Source: Ginglymostoma cirratum (lineage: Eukaryota). From it: 64,000 nt of DNA. Position 1 is the first letter of the stretch. Every line of letters begins with the position of its first letter. The translations under genes were made by a program, and so were the position numbers. The stretch lies in assembly GCA_024137785.1 (NCBI GenBank), contig JAHRHZ010000029.1, positions 11,825,812 through 11,889,811 of the forward strand. Reading direction: 5' to 3'. The notes under the pieces are model-generated. The model saw nothing but the letters and a program-made list of their open reading frames with translations. It did not search any database and was not told the origin of the DNA. Positions 62,463 through 64,000 of the stretch are shown one piece after another.

Positions 62463-62806
62463 AGTAGCATGGTGGTTAGCACTGTTGCCTCACAGCTGGG
62501 TTTGACTTCAGCTTTAGATAACTGTCTGCATGGAGTTTGTATGTTTTCACAATGTCTAATAGGTTTCCTCTGGGTGTTCCAGTTTCTACCCAGAGTCCAT
62601 AGATGTGCAGGTTAGGTGGATTGGCCATACTAAATTTCCCTGTAGCCTCCAATGAGGTGCAGGCTAGGTGGATTAGTCGGATTCCAGGGCTAAGTTGGTT
62701 GGGGAGGAGGGAATGGTGTCTGGGTAGTGTTGCCTTTTAAGGGTCAGGGCAGACTTGATGGGCCAAATGGCCTGTGTTTGTACTGTAGGAATTCAATGAA
62801 TCTATG
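62463..62806 (+). mobile_element. HE1-like V-SINE, decayed
   Basis: ggttagcactgttgcctcacagc...ggtttcctctgggtgttccagtttc...gggccaaatggcctg tail. Confidence 0.8.
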
Positions 62807-63639
62807 AACACCTCCCTCCTCCAATACTTATTTTTCCCATAACACTTCTTCAACCTTGGAATCCAAGTGGTGTTGTGCCGGCAGCAACCATGGCATTGCT
62901 GAGTTCTGGACCTGCTGCCTGCAGCCCCTGGCAGCTTGGACTTCGTCATCCTTGATGCTAATTCTGGTGGAATCCCTGCTGACATCCAATCAGCTGTTCG
63001 ATTGCCAGATGATCTGGCCTGCTTTCCATCTTTATAAGCCACGAGTTTGAAACTCTCCCTCTTTTCGGCTTTGTCCAGAAACAGGAAGGTGCCCCTTTGT
63101 GAGTCGGATCTCAGTGTGAATTGATGCTTCAGAGTAAAAACTCAGATTTATAGAAATAAATCTATTATTCCTGGTTTTTCTTAGTAGAAAAGATATTTTC
63201 AATGCTATTCATATTGCAAGCTCTTGTTTGACGTGTTTTAACCACAATAACTCTAAATTATATTTGCATATTTTGATGAAATACATGGTGCTTGCTATGT
63301 TAGTATTGTTGGTCTGAAATCTTAAATGCAGCCCAGAGCATGACAGGAGTAGTCAATCGTGATTACGTCAATCAAGCTGTAAACTAAAATGGTGCTGCTT
63401 TATTAATCGAATTTGAGTTTTTTTGGCATAATTCCTAACATGATGTCTCCCTGTTGACAAGCAAACAATTGCGCTAGATTTGACCCCGTTCATATCTGAT
63501 GGCTCTTTACTGTCTCACATTTTATTTTCTCTTTGCACTGTTATCGTGGTTAATTTCTGTAAAGTGGCTTTTTTTGCTACTTCATTGTCAGACAGACATC
63601 CATAGCTTGTAAGGATATCATTTTATTGCCAATCCTTTG

Positions 63640-63990
63640 TTGGCTTTGAGAAGATGTGAACATGTTTGAATGGTACAGCAGCACATCTTTTGGATGGCGT
63701 ACACGCTTCTACTGTGCCATGCAGTTGGAGGGAGTGAATGTTTAAGGTTTGGATGGGGTGCCAGCAAGGGGGCGCCATTGACCAAGTTGTCTTGAGTGTC
63801 ATTGGAGTTGTTCCCTCCAGATAAGTAGAGATACTCCATCACACTCATAGCTTGTGCTTTGTAGATGGCAAGAAAGCTTTGAGGAGCCAGGTGGTGAGTC
63901 ACTGACAACTGTTCATTCAGCGTGTCACCTTCCTTTGTAGCCATGGTATATATGAGATTAGCCCAGCAATGTTTCTGCCAACTTCGAGGT
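63640..63990 (-). mobile_element. RT C-terminal fragment of the same LINE family as 100-860
   Basis: ORF 63618-63944 VTHHLAPQSFLAIYKAQAMSVMEY parallels the translation of ~300-380. Confidence 0.75.
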
Positions 63991-64000
63991 ATGTGAAAGT

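Noticed and set aside
4338-64000. CTNND2 exon 3 (expected [25 protein letters not shown])
   Set aside because: Not found by eye or in the ORF track; probably beyond the window. tBLASTn would settle it.

Overview
AT-rich, CpG-depleted, repeat-dense vertebrate DNA. The repeat set (HE1-like V-SINEs, Deu-domain SINEs, CR1/L2 LINEs, Penelope elements) points to a cartilaginous fish, probably a shark (inference). The only host coding sequence I can support is one 134-nt + strand exon (4204-4337) matching exon 2 of delta-catenin (CTNND2). I found no exon 1 or exon 3, so 1-4203 is read as intron 1 and the remaining ~59.6 kb as intron 2. The introns hold many decayed CR1, L2 and CR1/L2-group LINE fragments, several SINE families, solo-LTR-like units, PIF/Harbinger fossils and a 21-bp minisatellite with a 147-bp higher-order repeat. 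The most notable signal is at least four families of Penelope-like elements or pLTR-only derivatives carrying minimal hammerhead-ribozyme motifs. Several are short head-to-head palindromes with long (9-15 bp) target-site duplications, and one has an intact core on the CTNND2 sense strand (48481-48508). Repeat boundaries were read by eye and are approximate unless a TSD is cited. Family names come from recalled consensus features, not database searches.
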